Assembly (NCBI GenBank): GCA_951406725.2
Contig: OX597831.1
Coordinates: 24,242,001 to 24,306,000 of the forward strand
DNA from: Octopus vulgaris
Lineage: Eukaryota
DNA: 64,000 bases
Direction of reading: 5' to 3'
Shown here: positions 26,520-38,518 of the stretch, in pieces
Layout of the letters: each line of letters begins with the position of its first letter
Position numbering within the stretch: position 1 is the first letter of the stretch
Translations under genes and position numbers: made by a program
Notes under the pieces: generated by a model
The model's input: only the letters and a program-made list of their open reading frames with translations
Told to the model about the DNA's origin: nothing
Database searches by the model: none

Positions 26520-26639
26520 ACACACACATATATATATTATATTATATTACATATATACATATATAGATATATTTGTGTGTGTATACTTATACATATAGAT
26601 ATATATGTTATATTATATTATATACATACATACACACAT

Positions 26640-26675
<36 letters not shown>

Positions 26676-26955
26676 TATATTATATTATATTATATTACTT
26701 ATATTACATATACACATACATAGATATATTTATGTGTGTGTAAACTCATACATATATATATATGTTATATTATATTATATTACATATATACATACATAGA
26801 TATATTTATGTGTGTGTAAACTTATACATATATATATGTTATATTATATTATATTACATTATATTACTTATATACATACATAGATATATTTATGTGTGTG
26901 TAAACTAATACATATATATATATGTTATATTATATTATATCATATACATACATAC
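26520..26955. repeat. AT-rich minisatellite, unit about 65-75 bp, about 4 copies
   Basis: catagatatatttatgtgtgtgtaaact...tgttatattatattata repeated. Confidence 0.85.
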
Positions 26956-27024
26956 GTACATGAATGTATATACATACACACACACATACACACGCATATA
27001 TAAGCATAGACCCATAGACATACG

Positions 27025-27082
<58 letters not shown>

Positions 27083-27358
27083 AATGCAATAAAGCATTGA
27101 ATGCAATGCAGTGTGCAGTGGTGCCTGTAATATTTTACCTTTTATTAGATTTGAGATATCAGTCTTTTGCTGGTTATAGACTCTCTGCTGAATAAAAGGA
27201 GGGGAAAAAAACAGGAAAAAAAAAAACAGCTACTAAATAATGACTAAACCAAAAAAACAAAAAAAAAAATGAGAGAGAGAGAGAGAGAGAGAAATAGAGA
27301 GGAAGACAGACAGACAGAAAGAGATATTAAAAAAGTGGAAGAGAAAGACAAAGAAAGG

Positions 27359-27392
<34 letters not shown>

Positions 27393-27783
27393 GTGTGTGA
27401 ATATGAAGAAAATAGCATGTTTTAAGATTGGATCTAAATAGTGATTTTCTTTCAGGTTTTTTTTTGTTTTTTTGTTTCTGGAGGAACAGTTTTTTTTATG
27501 ATTTTGTATTGTTCTGGCGTTGTTGAATGAATTATTCCTTTTTGAAGTTGTACATCCTGACTATATCATTGCAGGATTGGTGAAATTCTCTTTGACATTT
27601 GGTGCATTCTCTCACTGACTTCCATTCTCAGTGTCTTCTGTTATTTGTTTCATGCCCTCAAAAGTACATATATATATATCTATATATATATATATATACA
27701 CATATACATATATACATACATCATACATACATACAACATCAGTATGTGTATGCATATATATGTAAATGTATATATGTATGTAC

Positions 27784-27831
<48 letters not shown>

Positions 27832-28842
27832 ATTTATATATATGTATGTATGCATACATGTATGTATATGTACATTTTTTATTTTTTTATTTTGATGATT
27901 GGTCATGCTGGTCATATAGAAGAAGGTGTAGTGATGTGAACTTATATGATTTTTCTTTTTTTTTTTCGTCATTTAAAAAAAAAAAAATTTTTCTCAGATT
28001 CTTGCATCTCACTGACTTTCATCACATCCCATCTCATCTCATCTAATCTCGGTGTTAACTCTACTATGTCTTATTGCTATGTTGTTAGTACCGCAAATAG
28101 TTGAATCATGTATAATCTTATTTCCATTTTGATATGCATGTTCATCCACATAATCACTTTCCCATTCTGAATAGAAAAATTAATTTATAACAAACAGCAA
28201 AATTTTATTAGTTTTAAAAAAATAATAATAGCTCATTTTATTTATTTTTTTTTTTCAAAAGGAATGGGAATTTTTGTTTTAGAAGTTTCAGATTTTCTGT
28301 TAAGAAAAAAGTAAATAAATTTAGACAAAGTGACACAAATATTAAAAAAAATTTTCTCTGTACTGGTTGGATATCTTCACTCTGGTATTTTATGGTCCAG
28401 CAACTTTTAAAGTTGAGCCAGTTTTGAAACTGATGTTTAGCTGGATTCTAGCTCTTCAGGATGTCGTCTGAGAGTCTAAGAGATGTGAATAATGGCATAA
28501 GCATAAATAATAAGTTTAAGCATAAATCATTATTTATGGTTAAAAACATGAATTTGAAGAAATCCAATAAAGGAATCTCTGTAAAATTTATGTGCGAGTA
28601 TTATGAGATTAGATCATCAACTGAGTATTATTACAGAAACAAAAGAAGGAGATTTTAAATTTTATTCTATTATTTCTGAAAAGGAAAGTCAGAAAAGTAC
28701 AAAATAGTTTAAGGAAATATTGAAAGTGCTTGGGTATCAAACCAAACTACGGCCGAGCTTCATAGAACTCACCATCCTGAAGGGCAATTTGAACTCAACA
28801 CAGCAAAGTAACAGATATTTTACTCTACTTGTCCTATCAATA

Positions 28843-29288
28843 TTATTTTCTACTCTAGGCACAAGGCCTGAAATTTTGCGGGAGGGGGCCAGTCGATTAG
28901 ATCGACCCCAGTATGCAACTGGTACTTAATTTATCGACCCTGAAAGGATGAAAGGCAAATTCGAACTTGGTGGAATTTGAACTCAGAACGTAAAGACAGA
29001 CAAAATACTGCTAAGCATTTTACCCGGTGTGCTAACATTTCTGCCAGCTCGTCGCCTTCTCATCCTATCAATATTCTTTTCTACTCTAGGCACAAGGCCT
29101 GAAATTTCAGGGAGGGAACAAGTCAATTACATCGACTCCAGTATGCAACTGGTACTTAATTTATCGACCCCGAAAGGATGAAAGGCAAAGTTAACCTCAG
29201 CGGAATTTGAACTCAGAACGTAAAGACAGATGAAATACTGCCAAGCATTTCACCTAGCGAACTAACATTTCTGCCTGCTCACCACCTT
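28843..29288 (-). mobile_element. Two tandem SINE B copies separated by a repeat of the target sequence
   Basis: tcctatcaatatt precedes each copy. Confidence 0.9.
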
Positions 29289-30316
29289 AAATCAACAGCA
29301 ATAACAAAAATACTAATCACCACTTTGTAAATAAACATCCAGTGTTTCCATTTGAATGTGGTTGATAACTAATATTTGACAGAATGGTTGGGAGATTGGT
29401 TCTTGTTAGTTATGTGTAAATATGTTGTGCGTGTGAAAGAGATTGGTTCTTTATAGTTATGTATATGTGCATATGTGCATATAGCATATGTATATGTGCG
29501 TGGATGTTTGCACATGAATATGAGGTTGTAATTATTTATATGCATTCATCTGTGTGCATGCATGTTTTTAAGATTGTGTCTACCAGAATTTATTTTGTTC
29601 TTGTGTACATGTTGCCTATGACTGCGTGAATGTGTTTATCTGGGCTTGTATATCTGTTTGAGTATGTGTATATGCATGTATGCGTATGTATAGGTGTGTA
29701 TAAATTTACATGCTTCAGTTTTGTATCTGTGTGTGTTTGTATATGTATGCTTCACTCCTTTTCTTCAAGACCATAATATTTGCCAACATATTAATATTCC
29801 AACCATTTCTTAGTCTCCCAGAAAATTTATTTCTTCAGTAAATTTAGAAATTTCTTTTTAATTAAAATAGAAAATAATTCAAGTAACTTAGTTTACCAGG
29901 AATTTTGGCAAATCTGGATTTGTCTGCTTTTAAAATTTTTGAAAATTTTACCCATGGCCTTTGCAGGCCATCCAAGATCATTCAGATCGATGTGGTTACC
30001 ATTCTTCTGGAACAGTTGCTAGGTGATAGCTGCTGGAAAAATATGTGCTGTGAGAGATTTCAAAGAGAGCCAACATATTGGAGCAGAAAGTATAGATGCT
30101 AGTATGAGGTCAGTGGGCAGTGAAAGAAAAAAGATATGAATTGGTCGGAATCACCTGGATGGAGGTAGCAGGTCATGTGACCAGTGAGCTCCAAGGAAGT
30201 AAAGACCCAGGCAGTAGCAGTAGAACAGACAGAGCTTAGAGTTTGTTTGTTAATTATTTCACTTTAATTAGTTGGGTGGCATTTTTGTTTTCTTGTTTTT
30301 TTTTTTGTATATCTAC

Positions 30317-30717
30317 AGGTGCAGCCAGGGTTGTGTGGTATGAAGTTTGTTTTTTAACCACATGGTTTCAGGTTCAGTCCCACTGCATGGCATGTTGGCC
30401 AAATGTCTTCTATTATAACCTTGGGCTAACCAAAGCCATGTGAATAGATTTGGTAGCCTGAAACTAAAAAGAAGTCCTCCATATGTGTGTGTGTGTGTGT
30501 GTTAGTCCCATAGCACCACTTGGCAACTGGTGTTCGTATTTTACCATCCACATAATTTAGCTTAGCAATTCAGCCATAGTGACTGATAGAATAAGTACCA
30601 GGCTTGAAAAATGAAATAAATCCCTGGGTCGATTCGTTCAACTAAGATTTCTCAGAGTGGTGCTCCAGCATGGCCTCAGTCTAATGACTGAGCAAGTGAA
30701 AGGTAAAAGGTCAAAAG
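30317..30717 (+). mobile_element. SINE family A, older copy
   Basis: Diverged match to family A. Confidence 0.8.
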
Positions 30718-30730
30718 ACCTTGCATTTAA

Positions 30731-31019
30731 CCATTTAGCATTCAGATTTATTTACTTTGTTTTGAATTAATCATATATTCTCTCATAGCTTTGAGATCTT
30801 AATGATGTCATTCGGTAGTTTTAGAACGACATTGTAGGGTAGGTGTGAGAGCCTGAGTCTGGTCAGTTTGAACAAAAAACTTGTAAAATATCTTCTGAAT
30901 TGCTGAGCTAAATTATATGGATGTAAACACACTAGCACCGGTTATCAAGTGGTAGTGTGGTTCAAACACGGACACAGAGACACATGCACATATATATATC
31001 CAGCTTAAATGCTAAAGAG
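30731..31019 (-). mobile_element. piggyBac-like MITE family P2 with an internal SINE A fragment
   Basis: TTAA|CCATTTAGCATT...AATGCTAAAGAG|TTAA; homologous to 47931-48149. Confidence 0.7.
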
Positions 31020-31055
31020 TTAAGCCAGATATACAGTAACAGAGAACAAGCTCTA

Positions 31056-31620
31056 TCATCATCATCATCATCATCGTTTGACTTCATGTTTTTCATGCTA
31101 GCATGGGTTGGACGGTTCGACCGGGGTCTGGGAAGCGAGGAGGCTGCACCAGGCTCCAGTCTGATCTGGCAGTGTTTCTGCAGCTGGACGCCCTTCCTAA
31201 CACCAACCATTCCATGAGTGTAGTGAGTGCTTTTCACGTGCCACCAGCACAGGTGCCAGGGTAGGCTGACAGTGGCCATGATTGGTTGGTGCTTTTTATG
31301 TGCCACCGGCATGGAAGCCAGTCAAGGTGGTGCTGGCATCGGCCACGTTCGGATGGTGCTTTTCACGTGCCACCGGCACAGGTATCACATCTAAAATTTC
31401 CGTTTGATTTTTATTTTGATGTTGATGTACTTGACTTAACAGGTCTCCTTAAGCACAGCAGGTCACCCTACGATCCAAGGTAAGCACAGCAGGCCGTTCT
31501 GTGATCCAAGGTATTTTGGATGGGCTGGGGCTGCTATTTGAAACTGGTGCACGAAACAGCCATGAATTCATGTTAATTGTCGGGTCTTCACAGTCACAGC
31601 ATATCTCCAGAGATCTCTAT
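31056..31620 (-). mobile_element. Longest family C copy: RTE LINE 3' UTR plus the last ORF codons
   Basis: Minus strand ends ...RDLWRYAVTVKTRQLT*, resembling the DRxxWR C-terminus of RTE ORFs, followed by UTR and (GAT)n. Confidence 0.75.
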
Positions 31621-31870
31621 CATAATACAAATCCACCAAATGTCTGATCTTGGATTTACTATACCATTTATTAATTTTTCGCAATTCAAGTTTTTCTTTA
31701 ATTCGTTGTTTTGCAGTTGGTTTTTCCACTTTTTCAGAGCTAAAATCTAAAAACATCATTACAAGAGAAATGTATCATCTATATCCTCTGACCCAAAATA
31801 TGTTAAATAAGTTAATAAAGTTAATTAAATATATGCATATATTCTCATACAGTGTTGATTATATTAGAAA

Positions 31871-31944
31871 ATTATTAATCCCTTTCTCTCTTTTTCTTTT
31901 TTGTAGGTAAGTGAATCAAATATTTGCTGTTAATAGCGGTAAGG
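31871..31944 (+). promoter_or_regulatory. Candidate recursive splice site (AG 31905-31906 | GTAAGT 31907-31912) with downstream donor GTAAGG at 31939
   Basis: attattaat ccctttctctctttttcttttttgTAG|GTAAGT, in unique non-TE sequence. Confidence 0.6.
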
Positions 31945-32247
31945 ATTCGTTTTTTCATCTTAATCATCATTATTTTTGTTTTAGATTGAATTTAAAGCAT
32001 ATTGTTTTTGATCTGTTTTTAAAGTTATATTAAAACTGAAATTACATGTGACCAAGTGACTTCTAGCTACAAGATGTTACAAATGTTGTAGGTGTATGTG
32101 TGTGAGAGAGTGTGTGTGCATGCATGTGTGTGTGTGTATATATACACATATATATATATATATATTAAATAAAATGAGATAACAAAACCAAGGGTGTTTG
32201 GAATTTTCAGGACATAGCTGTTTCTGGGATATTAGTGATATATATAT

Positions 32248-32301
<54 letters not shown>

Positions 32302-32414
32302 GTATATGTATGTGTATATATATATATATATATAGTGGTATAAATATCAACACAATTATTTCTCCTTCCGCTTTTTTTTCTCTTCTCCTTTCTTCCCTTC
32401 TCCAAACTCACAGA

Positions 32415-32464
<50 letters not shown>

Positions 32465-32589
32465 CACATACACACACACACACACATGATCTCTCTCTGT
32501 CTCACTTTCTCCTCATCCATCACCCTCTTGTACTGTCTTATATTCCTCCCCACCACTACCAACCTAATACCACTATAAAATGGTCAAAA

Positions 32590-33290
32590 CTTTTCACACA
32601 GGAACTTAGTTTGATTTGAAAACCCCACTAGAATAGGAGAAAGCACTAATACATGATCTAAGTTATATGATGTATAAAAAATGTAATATACAAACAAATA
32701 TCTATAAATATAAACCATCTGATTTTCTGAGTACCTCATTTCTTCTAATATAAAATACCTGTACATCATCTCCAACCCTTCCAATATATATATATATATA
32801 TGTATATAAGGAAATCTACCTTTCTGCCCATTTCCTTACTAAAGTCAACATGTGCTTATATCCGTCTCCTCTCATAAGCTCATCTTCCTAGTGTTCATAA
32901 TAATTTTCCTATCGTCTTGGCATAACAACCCTCATCGTTTCTTTTTACTGTCTTGTTCCCACTGTCCTATTCTTGTTACCACTTTCACCCTCTGCAAAAA
33001 ATTCCAAATTTTATTTAATTTGCCTTGCAGGAAGGACTGTTTCAACGAAGTTGCGTATTGTTCTTGCCTTCAAAACGTGGAGTAGATAAAACAGGGGACA
33101 ACTGATGAAGGGGAATATTCTTTATGTTGCATGTCTCGTTTCTCTGTTTGTTTTTTTTTCATTGTTCAAAAAGTTTGTTTTCTATGTTTTTGTTTTCATG
33201 TTTTCGTCTCTCATTGTGTTCAACGTTTTTTTGATGTCCTGTACACATATATGCATGTATATATACATATATATGTAGGCATGTACATAT
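32590..33290. mobile_element. (TA)n-associated PLE-like fragments
   Basis: 32738-32785 matches 8097-8145; 32905-33290 matches 13424-13610; contains ctgatgaagggg. Confidence 0.55.
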
Positions 33291-33327
33291 ATGTATGTAT
33301 ATATAAAATAATAAATAAATGTGTCCT

Positions 33328-33570
33328 ATTAAAGCCTAGCCAGGCTCATGGACCCAGTTTCCTGGTTTCTATGGTGTATGTGTTCCCCAGCTGGACGGGA
33401 TGCCAGTTCATCGCAGCATTACTCATCTTTGCCAGCTGAGTGGACCAGAGCAACATGAAATGAAGTGTCTTGCTCAAGAACACAACGCGTCGCCCAGTCA
33501 AAACCACAATCAAAACCACAATCTTACGATCATGGTGCTGACACCTTAACCACTGATCCACGCGCCTCCA
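33328..33570 (-). mobile_element. SINE D-related element with CORE-like block
   Basis: ggaggcgcgtggatcagtggttaagg...gttgtgttcttgagcaagacact; second copy at 43425-43650. Confidence 0.8.
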
Positions 33571-34735
33571 CGTATGTATATATGCATATATTTATATATT
33601 ATTTATACATACATATACATACACACTCACACATGCATATAGTGATAATGAGCAAAGATAAGTAATTAAGAGTTACCAGAGGCAAATATTTGTACAACAA
33701 AGCAAATAAGGCTACATTAAATAGTGTACAAAATAGTTTCTTGGTCTATGAAAATTATCTTCACCCCTGGAATGTGCAGTCCAATTGCCTTGTATCAATA
33801 TATACTTATGAGTGTGAGTATGTGTATATCAGTTCCTACTATAGGTATCAAAATTCATACCTTTCCTTTAATGGATAGATTACATCACCGTTAACACCGA
33901 GTGGATTCTGAACAAATTTGATAATCTAAATAAGAAATATAAATGGTCCTTTACAGGATCATCTAAGCAAACAGGTTACCTCAAGTCCTGTGGTAGAAAA
34001 AGGGTGTAAGAGAAAGGAAAGAGGTCGATGAAATGTTTGTAGCTGTAAAATATAAATGTAAAATAGCTCAAGCGAGCACCTGGAGCCTGATTTATGTATT
34101 GCCTTTATTAGAAGTTTCTATCTATTCTCAGCCTTTCGACACTTAACTAAATATGTTAACTGAGATCAGTTGGAATGCCACGAGAAGGTAAATCTAATAT
34201 CTGTGTCATTAAGTGCCTCAAACACTGGACTTATACATTAGATTTTCCCCTCGTTCTTATAGTACACCAAACAAATCCTAATATGAAATATTTTACCTAA
34301 ATGAATTTGTTCTGACATATGTAGCTATAGTGTCTGTAAAGACCACCATTCATCACTCCAAATTCCACTTTATTAGCTTCGATGCTTTTTTTCTTTCTCT
34401 CTTTCTTTCCTCTTATGTTTGTGTCATTCCAGTCAAAATAATTCAACTAAATAGATTAACTCACACGCACGCACACATGTAAGGTATATGTACATATATA
34501 CACATATATATATATGTGTATATATATATATGTGTGTGTGTGTGTGTATTTATACACGCATACATATAAACAAACCAAACACATGCAAACATATATATAT
34601 ATATACTTAAATACATAAAATATGTATTAATATATTTTTGTATACATATATGTGTAGGCATATTTTCTTATGCCTACATACGTTCTAGATGTGTATGTAT
34701 GTATGTATGTATGTATGTATATATGTCTGTGTATG

Positions 34736-34816
<81 letters not shown>

Positions 34817-34835
34817 ATATATATGTGTATATATA

Positions 34836-34888
<53 letters not shown>

Positions 34889-35084
34889 CGAAAGAAAGCA
34901 AGAAAGAAAGGGAGAGAGATTCTAACTATTGTATTTCTGTATGACTTAGGCTATAAGACAAGCCAAACTGTAATATAAAATTGAACAAGGGGAAAATATA
35001 TCTGCACTGGGAATAAACAGACGAAGTAATGGAATAATGTGAAAGCGAAAGTGGATGTGTAATTTTAGTTTTCCAATAAGATTC

Positions 35085-35200
35085 TGGCGATTCTGTGTAT
35101 AACCCCCTTCTTTCTGCTATTGTTAGCAGAATCAATATTGCTTCCACATCAATCGAACTCAGAAGTCTCTGCAGATGATTCCAAAATTCTTGCTGAAGAG
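35085..35200 (+). pseudogene. Very degenerate CR1/L2-type RT remnant
   Basis: GDSVYNPLLSAI then, after a frameshift, LPHQSNSEVSADDSKIL; compare QGSVLGPLLF...LP...FADDSKI. Confidence 0.45.
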
Positions 35201-35620
35201 GTTACAGTTTAAATACGATAAAAAAGTTTTTTGCTAAAATACAATGGAAATCAATAAAAGACATTTTAAAATTATGTTTCTGGTACTTTTCATTGAAATA
35301 TTACAATATATTAAAAAAAAAATATAACGGTAAGAATAATGGAATGGGGAAAAAAAAACATTCCAATTTGCCAATTGCTATTATATTTCTCCCAAGTGTA
35401 AATGTTGAATTGATCTTGATTGCAAACAGTATTAAAAGTATATTTATCACAAAGTATATTATAAGCAGTATTCACCTGTGGAACCCAATTTTGACTGAGA
35501 TAGCTAAATTTTTGCCCAAACTATCTCCAATAAAAATTCAGTCAAGGTTGGAACTTATATATTAACAACTTTCTCTAAACCTAAAATATACATCACAAAA
35601 CAACTTCTAATCCTGTAAAT

Positions 35621-35837
35621 CAGCAGTTTTCAATCAGGGTCCATGTGACCCTGGGGTGGAGGTCTATATTAAATTTATGTGCAATAAATTTAGTTTACAA
35701 TGCACAAAATATTCTAATTTTTTTCTACAAATTCCTGATAATATTTAATTAATAAGATATATTAACAGGACCTTTTAAACTTTGAATAGGAACCAAGAGG
35801 TCCATAGGTAAAAATAAAAAATAGTTGAGAATCACTG
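35621..35837. mobile_element. hAT/Charlie-type MITE
   Basis: TIRs cagcagttttcaa / ttgagaatcactg; imperfect 8-bp TSD ctgtaaat / ttctaaat. Confidence 0.75.
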
Positions 35838-36133
35838 TTCTAAATAGTTGTTAAACAAGTTAGAAATAGAAACCAAATTTTGCTTAAATCACACCCAGAA
35901 AGACAATTAGTGCAAGGCAACCCTAGCAAAGTTTCCACTCACAAGGCTTTGGTTGGCCTGAGGCTCTAGTAAAAGACACTTGCCCAAGGTGCCACACAGT
36001 GGGCTGAACCCAGAACAATGTGGTTGGGAAGCAAGCTTCTTACCACACAGCCATGCCTGCACCAATGTTTACAGAGTGAAAGAGCATTATGAACAACAGT
36101 TTTGATCATTTATCCTGAGGGAAAAAACGACAT

Positions 36134-36175
<42 letters not shown>

Positions 36176-37145
36176 GTAAGATACAAGGATCAAGAATCAA
36201 GGAAGCTAGTAAGTTTTGAGCCATCTGTAGAAGATATAAAAAAACATCTTTCAGCAACAATAGTGGTTTATTGACATAGAATGTTGTAAATGTTTCCCAT
36301 ATCGAAGTTCGATAAGCAGTAAAATGTTATTTTATAGTTCATGGCTTGCAGATTGGGTTGATGTGTACGTGAATAAAAATCCTAAATGTAACCTTCTTTT
36401 GACTGAGGTATCTTTGGCCCGACATACAGCTACTGGATTACCTCTTGTTTGGCTAATTTCCTACTTCTGAGGTTTTGCTGTCTATTAAATCATAGCCTGG
36501 ATTTTATCAACTTCATTCCATAATTTTGTGTGTGTGTGTGTATATATATAATAATAATAGTAGGGAATATAATTCCAAACTTACAGGAAAAATTCAATTT
36601 GGCAATTCTAAATCAAAGTTTACAATATATAATATATGCATATAATTAAGAGAAATAACCTCTATTAAGTAATTCAATAATGAAAGACATTATCCATATA
36701 AAATATAGAAAATTTAAATATACTATAATAATTATTATTCATTATATATATATATCTGATATAATGCCATTAAGCTAAGTGCTTTATGAATGTGAAACCC
36801 AGAGTAATCCCATAAACCAGCCTTTTCTCACTTTATATAAAATTTTGAGGACTGTCTATGTGACATAAATGCATATCAATAGACATAATGTGTAGACTTC
36901 AACCTTTTCTGTCCAAAAGGGATTTTCAACCCATTATTTAAATTCTCTTATTTATAGCTATAAGTGGGTGAGTAGGGGATTAGGTAGTAGGTAGGTTGGT
37001 GTAATAGTATTTATGTAATATATATTACATATATATTTATATTTAACCGATATATATATATATATATATATATATTTAAATTATTATATGATATATAATT
37101 ATATATACATATCTACACAAGAGCTAAGGAATGGAATAGATAAGA

Positions 37146-37239
37146 TCCGGGCTACATATGTTTCATATCAAGCAGAACCTCAGAAGTGGTAAATATCCAA
37201 GTGAGGTGAATACCGTAGGCTACTCTTCAGGCCAAGGAC
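37146..37239 (-). ncRNA. Type I hammerhead ribozyme with intact core and long stem II
   Basis: gtcc-tt-ggc CTGAAGA [stem II incl. acctca/tgaggt] GAAAC ATAT GTA gcc-c-ggat. Confidence 0.7.
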
Positions 37240-37487
37240 ATCTTGATTAAAATTTACATTGCAGCAAGATAGTACATGTTAACACATGGAAGGTTCAATC
37301 AGGATCCATTCCTTAACTTTTGTATTCTTATTCACACACCCAGCAACCCTGGCCACCTACTGTTAAATATAAAAAGAACTTTTTTCTGTTCATCATTCTT
37401 CGATATCAAAAAACTCCCCAACCTTCTGTCTAAACCACTGTTGTGCTGAAAGCTGTTTTTTTAAAAATATTTACTACGAATTGCCTG

Positions 37488-37693
37488 AACATGCCGGGCG
37501 AAATGCTTAGCAGTATTTCGTCTGCCACTACGTTCTGAGTTCAAATTCCGCCAAGGTCGACTTTTCCTTTCATCCTTTTGGGGTCGATAAATTAAGTACC
37601 AGTTACGCACTGGGGTCGATGTAATCGACTTAATCCGTTTGTCTGTCTTTGTTTGTCCCCTCTATGTTTAGCCCCTTGTGGGCAATAAAAAGA
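37488..37693 (+). mobile_element. SINE family B
   Basis: Family match. Confidence 0.9.
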
Positions 37694-38298
37694 TAGTTTA
37701 CTTTGTGGTGAGTTAGGCCTAACAATATCAACAGTTCCCTCATGCTGTGTCCCAACTGCTGAGGTCACTAATGATTTCTAGCTATCTTATCAAATACCCT
37801 CGTGTGTGCTTGTAGATGCCTACACATAACCATGCAAGTGGCAAATATCAGAGCCTGTAATGTATGGAAGCACGAGTCTCAATGAGCATCTTTAAAGAAT
37901 TAGTGACACTGCTAAAAAGCTATAATCTAAATCTAGTGGTGGAGAAGAATTATCTTCAATAGAAATGTATAGTATAAGAATGGAACTATTTTATGTTAGT
38001 CAGTGATTTAATTCGGCTTTTGTTGGTTTGATTTTTGCTGTTTTTTGAAAAATATTGTTGAAACTATAATCTGAATAGGATACAATTTTCAGTAAAACTC
38101 GGAAACTCATATATTCACATACACACCCACAGGCCTAAAATGTACATTAGCACAAATGCACTCGTGAACACATATATACATGCATCCACATAGACATACA
38201 AAGTTATCTATGTGTCTGTATGCATATACATATGTGTGTGTGTGTCTGTCTGTCTGTATACATAGACATATAAACATATATATATTTATATATATATG

Positions 38299-38331
<33 letters not shown>

Positions 38332-38472
38332 AAAACATATATATATAAGGATATGTACATATATGAAAATATATACAAAGATACTTACATGCATGTATAT
38401 GCACTCATACACATATGTACACATTCATTGACATACATGCATATATACCAGATACATGTGTGTGTGTGTGCA

Positions 38473-38518
<46 letters not shown>

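Noticed and set aside
36981-37008. let-7-like string taggtagtaggtaggttggtgtaatag
   Set aside because: Seed mismatch, insertions and no pairing arm; lies in a TA-inserted element.
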